DNA of 64,000 bases, from NCBI GenBank assembly GCA_963555985.3, contig OY820591.1:64001-128000 (forward strand), written 5' to 3'. Positions 28,911 to 37,936 of the stretch are shown here, one piece after another. A program made the translations under genes and the position numbers. Under the pieces are notes generated by a model. That model was not told the origin of the DNA and ran no database searches. It was given only the letters and a program-made list of their open reading frames with translations. Each line of letters begins with the position of its first letter. The stretch's first letter is position 1. The DNA comes from Dehalococcoidia bacterium. Its GTDB lineage: Bacteria; Chloroflexota; Dehalococcoidia; Bin125.

Positions 28911-30104
28911 ATGAGCCGCACTAGCCCAGAACGTCAGCGAGAGCGCTCAGACTGGATCGGGCGGGCGGAATCCATCAGCCGGATCCTCAGCGATCACGCG
29001 GCAGAGTCGGCGCAGGCCAAAACACTCGCGCCCGCCGCCGTGACCGCGCTCGAAGACGCCGGCTTCTTCGCCATGGCCTCACCGCAAGAGGTGGGCGGAT
29101 ACGACGTCCACCCGGCTACCCAGGTAGAGGCGTTCGAGCAACTCGCCACCGCCGACGTCTCCAGCGGCTGGGTCGCCATGATCCAGGCCGAGACGCCCGG
29201 CATGGCCGGCTCCCACCTCGCCGACGGCCTCGGCCTCGATACGGTCTTCGGCAACGGCTTCCCTCGCATCGCCGGTACCGCCAATCCCGAAGGCGTCGCC
29301 ACTGCGCTGCCCGACGGCTCGTTTCGGCTCAACGGTCGTTGGTCGTTCGCCAGCGGTATTCGCCATTGCGGCTGGGTGTTGGCGAACTCGATCGTGCACA
29401 AGCAGGATGGATCGCGGCCCGCTCCCGAAGACGGCCTGCCGCCCGTGATCGGCTCCGTCGTGGAGCAGTCGCAAGTGATAATCGAGGACAGCTGGGACGT
29501 GATGGGTCTCGAAGGCACCGGCAGCTGCCATTACCGGATGCAAGACGTCGTTGTCCGCCCCGAGTTCACCACCCCCTTCGGCGGCGTCCACTCCAATCGC
29601 GGCGGACCTTGGTTCGAGAACCCGACGATCACCTTCCTCAGCCCCGGACACACCGGGATCGCGCTCGGATCGGCGCGCCGGGCGCTGGACCTGCTCAGCG
29701 GCGAGCTGACCAGCCGCACCCGCTTCGGCGCCGCCGGCGCAATCGCCGATCGCGGCGCCTTCCAGCGCGACTACGGCGAGATCTGCTGCCGCTACGAGGC
29801 CGCCCGCGCCTACGCCATGAGCGTGCTCGACGAAGCAATGGCCTTCCGCGAGGCAGGCGGACAAACCACGCCGGACCAGGATGCACGGATTCGCGGCATG
29901 GTCACTTGGGTCACCGACACCTGCGTCGACGTCGTCCGCTTCGCTCACCACACCGGCGGCGGAGCCGCCGCCTTCACCAACAGTCCGCTCCAGCAAGTCC
30001 TCCGAGACATCCTCGTCGCCAGCCAACACATCTTCGTCGCCGACAGCGCCTACGAGCGCACCGGAGCCCTGCGTTTGGGCCGCAAACCATCCAGCGTTCT
30101 CTGA
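28911..30104 (+). CDS. Acyl-CoA dehydrogenase-like flavin-dependent monooxygenase (paralog 3)
   Basis: LNGRWSFASG, DSWDVMGLEGTGS, LRDILVASQH motifs. Confidence 0.88.
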   Translation: MSRTSPERQRERSDWIGRAESISRILSDHAAESAQAKTLAPAAVTALEDAGFFAMASPQEVGGYDVHPATQVEAFEQLATADVSSGWVAMIQAETPGMAGSHLADGLGLDTVFGNGFPRIAGTANPEGVATALPDGSFRLNGRWSFASGIRHCGWVLANSIVHKQDGSRPAPEDGLPPVIGSVVEQSQVIIEDSWDVMGLEGTGSCHYRMQDVVVRPEFTTPFGGVHSNRGGPWFENPTITFLSPGHTGIALGSARRALDLLSGELTSRTRFGAAGAIADRGAFQRDYGEICCRYEAARAYAMSVLDEAMAFREAGGQTTPDQDARIRGMVTWVTDTCVDVVRFAHHTGGGAAAFTNSPLQQVLRDILVASQHIFVADSAYERTGALRLGRKPSSVL

Positions 30105-30138
30105 TGACGCGGCCTGTCAGGGTCGCTAGCCTCGGCCT

Positions 30139-30741
30139 ATGGCGCTCGTACCTTTCCGCGGCTATTTTCCCTTCTTTGCGGCGATTGACGCTGCGCAGTA
30201 TTTCCTCTACATCGCCGGTGAGCACGGGGATCAGCTCAATCACCGACAACTCCAGAACCTGCTCTACTACGGTCAGGGCTTCTCTCTCATTTCACCTGGC
30301 AAACTTCTCTTCGACGAGCAGATCGAGGCCCGCCCGGAGGGCCCTGTCGTCGCCTCCGTAGCCGATCAGTACTCCGCCAGCGATGATCGACCGCTCGTGC
30401 TCTCAGAGTCGTTCTCTTCCAGGTCGGACACGATGGTTGCGAGCAGCCTCCTAGCTGAGCGAGTGGTCGCCCCCCTCTACATGCGCTTCAGACAGGCCAA
30501 CTGCGCTGAACTGACCCAACAGATCATGTCCGAACAACCCTTTCGCCGGGCAATAGCGAGTGACGGAATGATCGAACCAAGCGATCTCCTGCGCTGGTGG
30601 AACGAGCAGCTCGCACGCGAGCGCGCCAGCAGACCACGACCGAAGCCGGTGAAGCTGAGCGAATATCTCAAAGAACATCCCGAACTTGCCGCGCGTCTCA
30701 AGCAGTTGAATCCAGAAGCTGACGGGAACAGTCAGCCGTAG
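30139..30741 (+). CDS. Panacea/DUF4065 (SocA/GepA-like) antitoxin-domain protein
   Basis: AAQYFL..LNHRQLQNLLYYGQG..LFDEQIEARPEGPVV pattern. Confidence 0.8.
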   Translation: MALVPFRGYFPFFAAIDAAQYFLYIAGEHGDQLNHRQLQNLLYYGQGFSLISPGKLLFDEQIEARPEGPVVASVADQYSASDDRPLVLSESFSSRSDTMVASSLLAERVVAPLYMRFRQANCAELTQQIMSEQPFRRAIASDGMIEPSDLLRWWNEQLARERASRPRPKPVKLSEYLKEHPELAARLKQLNPEADGNSQP

Positions 30742-31022
30742 TGGAGCGCGAGCCAGCCGGATTCGACTTGTTCTACTCGGACAATGCGATGCGCGATTAT
30801 CAGGCGCTGGACCTCATCTCTATCGCGCGAGTGGACGAGATCATTGAATTCTTGCTGGAAGATCCCACCGAACAGAACCCGCAGGTACGCAATCTCTCAG
30901 GCGATGCCGCCGATGCCGTGTATCAGCTCAGTCGCAACAGCGTCACGGTCTACTACCGCATGGCCAACGCTCTGGTCGCTGAAGTGATCGCCCTGATCCC
31001 GCTCGATTTCGACGCCGACTAA
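30741..31022 (+). CDS. RelE/ParE-like small protein, putative toxin partner of Panacea
   Basis: FDLFYSDNAMRDYQAL..IEFLLEDP..VYQL..VTVYYR; 1-nt overlap with the upstream stop. Confidence 0.55.
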   Translation: MEREPAGFDLFYSDNAMRDYQALDLISIARVDEIIEFLLEDPTEQNPQVRNLSGDAADAVYQLSRNSVTVYYRMANALVAEVIALIPLDFDAD

Positions 31023-31909
31023 CGCGCCGACTCCATCGCCGCGATCTGCTCCGACCAAGCCAATACGTTCTCGGCCTGTTCCAGCACCGGTTTGTCGATC
31101 ATCTGGCCGTCCAGCGCCACCGCGCCGAGGTTCTGGCTCACTCCCTCCTCATATGCATCCACGACCCTTCGCGCCCAGCTCACGTCCTCCTCTGGCGGGC
31201 TGAAGATCCGATTCGCGGGAGCGAGCTGATCCGGGTGAATGCAGAACTTGCCCTGGAAGCCGATCTCCTTCATCCGCCGCAGTTCGCCTTCATAGCCTTC
31301 TGGATCGCGGATATCGGTCCAGGGCGTATCGAGCGGGACGATCCCGGCCGCATGAGCCGCGTTGACCGACGCTCGCCGGGCCAGCTCCAGCTCTGCTCCG
31401 CGCTTGGTGCGGCGGACTCCGATGCTGACCGCATAATCTTCGCCGCCGACGCAGATGCCGACCAGCCGCTCGGAGGCCTGACAGATCTCGTATGCGTTCG
31501 ATACTGCGTGCGTGTTCTCGATCCAGGCTGCAATCGACACTTGTCCGTCGGCCAGGCCCCGCGCTCGCTCCAGCAGCGTCAGATAGTCGTCGATCCGCTC
31601 GATATCGCGCGCCGTTTCCACCTTCGACACGCTCACCCCATCGAGCCAGGGATGCACCAGCGCGTCGAGCTCCTGCTCGATCAGGCCGGTGTCGTAGCCG
31701 TTGGTGCGGACGAAGACGTTGCGCCCGCGCTTGGGGAAATCGGGCAGCACCTGCGCCAATAGCTTGCGAGCGGTCGGCTTGTCGTCCCAGGCGACCGAGT
31801 CTTCGAGGTCGAAGCAGAGCACATCCGCTTCCGCCTCGCGCGCCTTCTCGATGAAGCGCTCACGGATGCCGGGTACCGACAACATCGTTCGCATCACGGT
31901 GGCTGCCAC
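31019..31909 (-). CDS. CitE/HpcH-family CoA-ester lyase (citryl/malyl-CoA lyase-like)
   Basis: LSVPG, FDLEDSV, VRTN, GGEDY, GFQGKFCIHPDQ, DGQMIDKP motifs. Confidence 0.92.
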   Translation of the reverse strand: MAATVMRTMLSVPGIRERFIEKAREAEADVLCFDLEDSVAWDDKPTARKLLAQVLPDFPKRGRNVFVRTNGYDTGLIEQELDALVHPWLDGVSVSKVETARDIERIDDYLTLLERARGLADGQVSIAAWIENTHAVSNAYEICQASERLVGICVGGEDYAVSIGVRRTKRGAELELARRASVNAAHAAGIVPLDTPWTDIRDPEGYEGELRRMKEIGFQGKFCIHPDQLAPANRIFSPPEEDVSWARRVVDAYEEGVSQNLGAVALDGQMIDKPVLEQAENVLAWSEQIAAMESAR

Positions 31910-32610
31910 TACGACGCCTCCTCTGTTTGCACTGCTTCGGACTCCGCTTCGGGCCGAGCGAAGATATCGCGCAGCCGTGCGATGTCGGACGGAAAGATGG
32001 TCGCGCAGCCGCGAAACCCGAATGAGGCGGCGGCTTCAGCGTCGTCTGGATCGTCGTAGACCACGGGTAGGTCGAACGCCGCCGCGGTCAATACAGCTTG
32101 CGCCGACGCCGCCGCGATCGTGGGGCTCGCGGGGTCGACGCCGAGCGTCTGCGCGAGCTCGACATGGTTGAACGCAACCCAAGTCATCCGGTCAGCCGAA
32201 TCCCGCATCGCGCGCAGCGACTCGGCCATGATCACCAATGCGCGGGGGTGCTCGAAGCCAACCGCCATTGCGGTCAATCCCGGCCGAACCCCGGCGCGAA
32301 CCTCCAGCTCTTCCAGCAGACTTTCCAGATAGCGCAGTTGATCCACGCTTTGCGGCGTCCGCGAGGCGACGCCGTACACGCCAGGCATGAGCAGCGATTG
32401 GAGATACGTTTTGATCGAGCCCTCCTCCAGCGGCGGCAGCGCGATGTAGACGGGCGGACCCAGTTCGATTGCCGCTTTGACGTGATCGGCTGAGGCGTCG
32501 AAGTCTTCAGGGTCGGGGACCAGCACGAGCGCGCCAGCGTCGGCGACTTCGTTCGCCTCGGGGAGCGGCTGGCCGGGGAGCAGAATCAGCGTGGCGCGGA
32601 CATCGTCCAT
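31909..32610 (-). CDS. Degenerate CitE-like protein
   Basis: Collinear with the downstream CitE (DPED, LEVRAG, GFE, GFRGCATIFP) but catalytic motifs are altered. Confidence 0.65.
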   Translation of the reverse strand: MDDVRATLILLPGQPLPEANEVADAGALVLVPDPEDFDASADHVKAAIELGPPVYIALPPLEEGSIKTYLQSLLMPGVYGVASRTPQSVDQLRYLESLLEELEVRAGVRPGLTAMAVGFEHPRALVIMAESLRAMRDSADRMTWVAFNHVELAQTLGVDPASPTIAAASAQAVLTAAAFDLPVVYDDPDDAEAAASFGFRGCATIFPSDIARLRDIFARPEAESEAVQTEEAS

Positions 32611-32629
32611 GACAGTTCCCGAGTACGCA

Positions 32630-33931
32630 TCAGTTCGGGCTGTAGCCGAGCGTGCGCTCGCGGAGCGCATCCTCATCGTCGAACGGCCCCACCACCGCCG
32701 CCGCCAGATTACCCTCCCGCACGATCCGCTCGGCGACGCGCTGGATATCAGCGGCGCTGACCGACTCGTAACCGGCGATCGTCTCGTCGACCGGCTCGAT
32801 GAAGCCGTTGCTGATCAGCATCCCGCCGGCGCGATGACACCAACTCGCAGCGGTATCGAGGCTGAGCCGGAACGAGCCGCAGACGTGCTCGCGCGCTCGC
32901 GACAGTTCTTCGTCGCCGACCGGCTCGGCACGCAGCAGTTCGAGCTGTTCGAGCATGACCGTGGCGGTCTCGAGCACGTGCTCGGCGGTGACGCCGGCGG
33001 AGATGCCCAGATGACCGGTGTCGTCAAAGGCGGCGGCGTGCGATCCGACCGAGTAGGCGAGACCGCGGCGCTCGCGGATTTCGAGGAACAGGCGCGAGCT
33101 CATCCCGCCGCCCAGCACCTCATCAAGCAGGCGGAAGGCGTAGCGGTCGGGATCCAGTCGCGGCATCGCCCTCAGCGCGAGCATCAGATTGCACTGCTCG
33201 ATCTCTCGCTGCTCAATCCGCACCGGATCAGCGTCCATCGCGTCCGCCGCCAGCGTACGTGCCGGCGTGCCGGCTGGCGCGGCGTCGCCCCAGTGACGTT
33301 CCGCGAGCTCTAGGACTTCTTCACGAGTGACATTGCCGGCGACGGACAGCACCGTGTTGCTGGGCTGATACCAGGTTGCAATATGGGCGGCGAGGTCGTC
33401 GCGCGTGATCGCGCCGACCGATTCCAGGTCGCCCGCGATCTCCCAGCCCAGCGGCTGCGCGCCATAGGCGGCCTGAGTGATCAGCTGTCCGGCGCGCTGT
33501 TGAGGCTGATCGTGCGCGCGCCGGATCTCGGAGCAGATCACGGTGCGTTCGCGCTCGATCTCAGATTCGGCCAGGGTGGAGTGCTGCACCGAGTCGGCGA
33601 GCACATCCATCGCCAGCGCGAGACGGTCATAGGGAACGCGGTTCCAGTAGGCGGTGAGTTCGCGCGAGGTGAAGGCGTTGAGCGATCCGCCCGCGCCCTC
33701 GATCGCGGCGGAGATGGCGGTTGGCTCCGGCCGTCGCTCGGTGCCTTTGAACAGCATGTGCTCGAGGTAGTGGGAGAGCCCCAGCGTGTCGCGCGCCTCA
33801 TCGCGCGAGCCGACGCCGACATACGCGGCGAGCGTGGCCGCCTGCGAGTGGGGCAGCGAGGTGGTGGCCACACGCAGCCCGTTGGCGAGCGTGTCGACGC
33901 TGGTCAGAGTGGTAGGGGCGGTGGAAGTCAT
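32630..33931 (-). CDS. M16 (pitrilysin-family) zinc peptidase
   Basis: HYLEHMLFKGT (HxxEH), NAFTSRE, GGGMSSRLFLEIRERRGLAY. Confidence 0.95.
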   Translation of the reverse strand: MTSTAPTTLTSVDTLANGLRVATTSLPHSQAATLAAYVGVGSRDEARDTLGLSHYLEHMLFKGTERRPEPTAISAAIEGAGGSLNAFTSRELTAYWNRVPYDRLALAMDVLADSVQHSTLAESEIERERTVICSEIRRAHDQPQQRAGQLITQAAYGAQPLGWEIAGDLESVGAITRDDLAAHIATWYQPSNTVLSVAGNVTREEVLELAERHWGDAAPAGTPARTLAADAMDADPVRIEQREIEQCNLMLALRAMPRLDPDRYAFRLLDEVLGGGMSSRLFLEIRERRGLAYSVGSHAAAFDDTGHLGISAGVTAEHVLETATVMLEQLELLRAEPVGDEELSRAREHVCGSFRLSLDTAASWCHRAGGMLISNGFIEPVDETIAGYESVSAADIQRVAERIVREGNLAAAVVGPFDDEDALRERTLGYSPN

Positions 33932-33967
33932 GTGCGCGGAGTATACGGGCGCTTGGGTTCGGGAGCC

Positions 33968-34993
33968 TTACCCGCCCTCGGCCAGGGCGGCGATGTCCTG
34001 CGCGGTTGCCAGCGCGAGGTCGGTGCAGGGCAGCACGACATTGTCCCCACCGTGCGTGGTACCCATCACCTGCCGGCAGCGAGCGGATTGTCCGGCGCGC
34101 AGGAGCAGCCGATAGAACGCAATCCCCTCGTCGCGCAGCGGATCGCACTCATTGACCGAAATGATGGTGTAGGGAAAGCCCTGGACGTGTTCCTCGTTAG
34201 CGAACAGCGGCCAGGCCTCGGGATCCTCGGCCTCAAATGCCTCCATGCCGTAGCCGAGCGCGCCGAAGTTGCTGTGCAAGTCAAGCAGCAGACCGTTGTT
34301 CTCGGTCGAGGAGGGCAGGTCGTCACGAGGCCAACTGCCGGCGATGTAGGGGCACATCGAGTAGAGGCCTTGGATCAGGCCGGCGTCGCCCTCACGAGTG
34401 AGGCGCAGCCCCACCGCAAGCGTCAGATTGCCACCGCCGCTCTCGCCCGCGACCGCGATCCGGCCCGCGTCGATGCCGAACTCGTCCGCCTGCGAGATCA
34501 ACCAGCGCAGGCCCGACACGCAGTCGTTGAGGCCGGCCGGGAACGGCTCGATCTCCGGCGCCGACGACGGCGTCACGCAGTTGCGGAAGTCGACCATTGC
34601 CACGGCGACGCCCTGATGGGCGATCATCCGGCCCCAGGCCTGGTACATCACGTCGAAACAGGACGCAAACGCCATCCCGCCGCCGTGGATGTAGTAGACG
34701 CAGGGCAGCGGCGCATCGGACTCAGGCCGGATCAGCAACAGCTTGATCGAGTTGCCGTCAGGCTCCGAGACGAACGACTCGGTCGTGATCGTCAGTCCGG
34801 CTGAGGGCGCAACCGCCTGAGCCGCTTCCTCGCTGAAGAAGTCGAGGTTCATCGCCTCCAGCGCCTCCGGCGTGTTCATCGCCGCTACCAGCGCTTCGCG
34901 GGTGTCGAAGTTGGGCAAGGGGAAGTTTGGCATATCGCCGAACGCCTCCTTGATTCGCGGGTCGATGCGTGGGTCTTCACTGATCAGGCTCAT
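33968..34993 (-). CDS. HSL-family alpha/beta hydrolase (esterase)
   Basis: HGGG, GESGGGNL, DPLRDEG motifs; AGGAG RBS before ATG 34993. Confidence 0.92.
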   Translation of the reverse strand: MSLISEDPRIDPRIKEAFGDMPNFPLPNFDTREALVAAMNTPEALEAMNLDFFSEEAAQAVAPSAGLTITTESFVSEPDGNSIKLLLIRPESDAPLPCVYYIHGGGMAFASCFDVMYQAWGRMIAHQGVAVAMVDFRNCVTPSSAPEIEPFPAGLNDCVSGLRWLISQADEFGIDAGRIAVAGESGGGNLTLAVGLRLTREGDAGLIQGLYSMCPYIAGSWPRDDLPSSTENNGLLLDLHSNFGALGYGMEAFEAEDPEAWPLFANEEHVQGFPYTIISVNECDPLRDEGIAFYRLLLRAGQSARCRQVMGTTHGGDNVVLPCTDLALATAQDIAALAEGG

Positions 34994-35015
34994 GTCGTTC
35001 TCCTGGAATTCCTCT

Positions 35016-35063
35016 TCTCCCCCCGCATCGCGGGGGGAGATGTCACGAAGTGACAGAGGGGGG
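35016..35063. repeat. Family C double hairpin
   Basis: TCTCCCCCCGCATCGCGGGGGGAGA-TGTCACGAAGTGACA-GAGGGGGG. Confidence 0.82.
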
Positions 35064-35106
35064 TCCGGTTTCGTCCGCGTGCGTGCAAGCCTTCCACCAA
35101 CAGCAA

Positions 35107-35898
35107 TCAACCATACGCCTCCGACAGCAGCTCTTCGAGGATCGCGTTGAACTCCGCCGGCAGTTCCCAGTAGACCGAGTGGCCGCCGGTCGGCACTTCA
35201 ACGTATCGAGCCTCCGGCACCATCGCCGCCGCTCGCTCAATCACGGCGGCGGGGATGATCGCGTCCTCCTCCCCGGCGAGGAAGACGACCGGCATCGTCA
35301 GCGCCGAAAGCTCCTCGACTGCGATCGCGCCGTCCTCAACGCCGAAGCTGAGCGGACGATCCAAATCGAGCGGCGGATTCAGCGCCCGAATCTGGTTGTA
35401 GAGGAAGACGCCCGTGGGCGAGCGCTCCAGGTAGGCCGGGCCGACCATCCGCGTCATCCCGCCCAGGCGAGCATTCTCGGCGGCGGCTGCGGTGGCGGTG
35501 CGCATGTCGTCAAGCAGCCCCTGGTCGGCGATCCCGAGCATCGTGTCGGCCATCAGCAGGGCGGTCACGCGCTCGGGATTGCGTGCGGCGTAGGGCAGGA
35601 TCGAGAACCCGCCCATCGACTGCCCAACGAGTGCGGCTCGTTCGATCTCCAGCTGATCCATCAGCTCACCCAGGTCGCGTGCGAACGCAGTGCGGCCCTC
35701 GCCGGACAGATCCTGGCTCTGTCCCCAGCCGCGAACCTCGTAGGTGACGCAGCGGAAGCGGTCGCTGAACTGGGGAATCTGGTTCCACCAGCTGAGATGA
35801 TTCCCGCCCGCGCCGTGGACGAAGACGATCGTGTCCGGCCCTTCGCCGAACTCGTCGTAGATCAGCGACGCACCGCTGACGTTGAGGGTCTGAGGCAT
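35107..35898 (-). CDS. Alpha/beta hydrolase
   Basis: VFVHGAGG, GQSMGG, GEEDAI, GGHSVYWE motifs. Confidence 0.9.
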   Translation of the reverse strand: MPQTLNVSGASLIYDEFGEGPDTIVFVHGAGGNHLSWWNQIPQFSDRFRCVTYEVRGWGQSQDLSGEGRTAFARDLGELMDQLEIERAALVGQSMGGFSILPYAARNPERVTALLMADTMLGIADQGLLDDMRTATAAAAENARLGGMTRMVGPAYLERSPTGVFLYNQIRALNPPLDLDRPLSFGVEDGAIAVEELSALTMPVVFLAGEEDAIIPAAVIERAAAMVPEARYVEVPTGGHSVYWELPAEFNAILEELLSEAYG

Positions 35899-36027
35899 GG
35901 GGAGCACTCCCTTCCTGCATGAGGGTCTGGCAAAGGCTAAAGCCTGACGTGGAGACGCGGTTCTGTACTCTCGAAATGCGAGACCACGGCGATCTTGGCG
36001 ATCGCCATCGCTCCGGACGCCAACAGC

Positions 36028-36774
36028 ATGACGACCTCGACCCGGACACATATCGGCAGCCTGGAACCCGTCATCGCGACGATGGTCGACCGCCTCGTGT
36101 CCGAGTTTCGGCCCAAGCGCATCATCCTCTTCGGCTCGCGCGCCCGTGGTGACGCCCGTGCAGGGAGCGATGTGGACTTGCTCGTCGTCGTGCCCGATCT
36201 GACCGACACCAACGAAGCTGCGCTCCAGATGCGAAGCTGCTTGAGCGGCCTGTCCGTCGCCAAAGACATCTTGGTCACCACGCCAGCAGAGATCGCATAC
36301 CGTGGTCATGTCACGGGCAGCGTCCTCCACGCGGCGCTCCGCGAGGGACGGGTCGTGCATGATGGCGACGGCGTGATCGAAACCGAAGCGTTGCAATGGC
36401 TGGAGATTGCCGAGGAAGACCTAGAGGTCGTCCGTTGGGCGCTCTCGAGTGAGCCGCCTCGACTCCGCTCCGCCTGCTACCACGCGCAGCAGGCTGCCGA
36501 GAAAGCCTTGAAGGCGGCGCTCGTGTTCGAGGCAGTCGAGATCCCCTACACCCACGACCTGACGGAGCTGCGTGGTCTCCTGCCCGAAGGCTGGCCGCTG
36601 CAAACTCCGAGCGCCGACCTCAAACTCCTCACTGGATGGGCTGCCGGAGCGAGATATCCCGGCAGTGCGACAGCGCCAAGCGCTGAGGACGCCGCCGCTG
36701 CGGGGGCGGCCGCGGAGTCGGTCTACGATGACATCACCGCTGGATTTGAGCGCCGCGGCGTGCTCGCCGACTGA
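36028..36774 (+). CDS. Fused minimal nucleotidyltransferase (MNT)-HEPN protein
   Basis: ILFGSRARG..SDVDLLVV followed in frame by ACYHAQQAAEKALKA..YTHDL..ARYPG. Confidence 0.88.
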   Translation: MTTSTRTHIGSLEPVIATMVDRLVSEFRPKRIILFGSRARGDARAGSDVDLLVVVPDLTDTNEAALQMRSCLSGLSVAKDILVTTPAEIAYRGHVTGSVLHAALREGRVVHDGDGVIETEALQWLEIAEEDLEVVRWALSSEPPRLRSACYHAQQAAEKALKAALVFEAVEIPYTHDLTELRGLLPEGWPLQTPSADLKLLTGWAAGARYPGSATAPSAEDAAAAGAAAESVYDDITAGFERRGVLAD

Positions 36775-36828
36775 ATGAACATCCGGCGCACCGCCTACCC
36801 TGCGACCGCACCGGATCGGAGTTGTCCC

Positions 36829-37917
36829 ATGACCACTGAGACTCAACCAGCATTCGCATACGCGGACACCGACTGGCCAATCCGCGAGACGACGATTGCC
36901 GCGCACCGCATGAGTTGGGATGTGATTGCCCGCCCGGGTCGTTGGTGGAGCGGAGCCGAGCGGGTGGCGATCGCAGCTGTCACTCGAGCGGCGGCGGAGT
37001 ATCAGCCCGCGCCGGGGGGCACGCCGCTGCCGGAGGCGGCGATTCACGCGATCCAGAAGCTGGTCGTTGATAACGCCAATCTCTCGCGGGAGTGGTACGA
37101 GGAGATGATCGCGCAGCCCGGAATGTCGGACGCGCGCTATGTGGAGTTGGTGGCGGTGGTGGTGCACGCGCTCTCGATCGACGAGTTTCACCGGGGCCTC
37201 AGTTTGCCCCTGGAGCCGCTGCCGGAGCCGATCGCGGGCGAGCCGTCGCAGATTCGCCCCGAGCTGGCGGAGCAGCGCGACTCCTGGCCGCCGCTGGTGC
37301 CTCGCGGCGGACTCAACCCGAGCGATGCGATGCTCTACGGCCCCTGGGAGTGGGGCGCGAACGTGATCTCGGCGCTCTCGCTGGTGCCTGAGAACGTGCG
37401 CTGGCTGCACGATCTCTCGGAGGGGCACTACCTCAGCTTTGCCGAGATGCGAATGCCCGATCCGCTGCGGGCGATCTCGCGTGCGCAGATTGAGTTGATC
37501 GCGGCGCGGGTCTCGGCGCTCAACGAGTGTTTCTATTGAACAACCTCTCATGTGCGGATGCTCCGTGAGAGCAGCCCCAACAACTCGGCCCTGAACATCC
37601 AGGCCACAGTCGATCCGGACGAGGACAGCGGCGTCGCCGAGGGCGAGCTGATGATCGCGTTCGCCGAAGCTGCGGTGCAACGGCGCGAGAACTTGCCAGC
37701 CGTGCGCGATCAGATCGCAAACCGGTTGGGCGCGCAGGCGGCGGTCGACGCGGCCGGCGTGGTGGCGAATTTCCAGCGCATGGTGCGGATCGCGGACGGC
37801 TGTGGGATTCCGCTGGACGAATTCACCGAGCGCGCCTCCGACGACTGGCGCGGTCAGCTCGGGATTCACGAGTACGCTTCGGCGTCGAACTCGCCGTCGG
37901 CGGTGCTGACGGATTAA
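36829..37917 (+). CDS. AhpD/CMD-like protein, probable selenoprotein 1 (UGA 37537-37539 read as Sec)
   Basis: ELIAARVSALNECFY-UGA-TTSH joins two in-frame ORFs into the AhpD CxxC..H motif; SECIS-like hairpin follows. Confidence 0.82.
37540..37578 (+). promoter_or_regulatory. Putative bacterial SECIS element 1
   Basis: Stem TGCTC/GAGCA with loop CGTGA starting 24 nt after the UGA. Confidence 0.68.
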
Positions 37918-37936
37918 CCGAGTTGAGGAGTCTGCG

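Noticed and set aside
37537-37539. AhpD genes as nonsense pseudogenes or as four separate genes
   Set aside because: The same TGA sits at the catalytic Cys position in both diverged paralogs with in-frame continuation and matching hairpins, which favours recoding.
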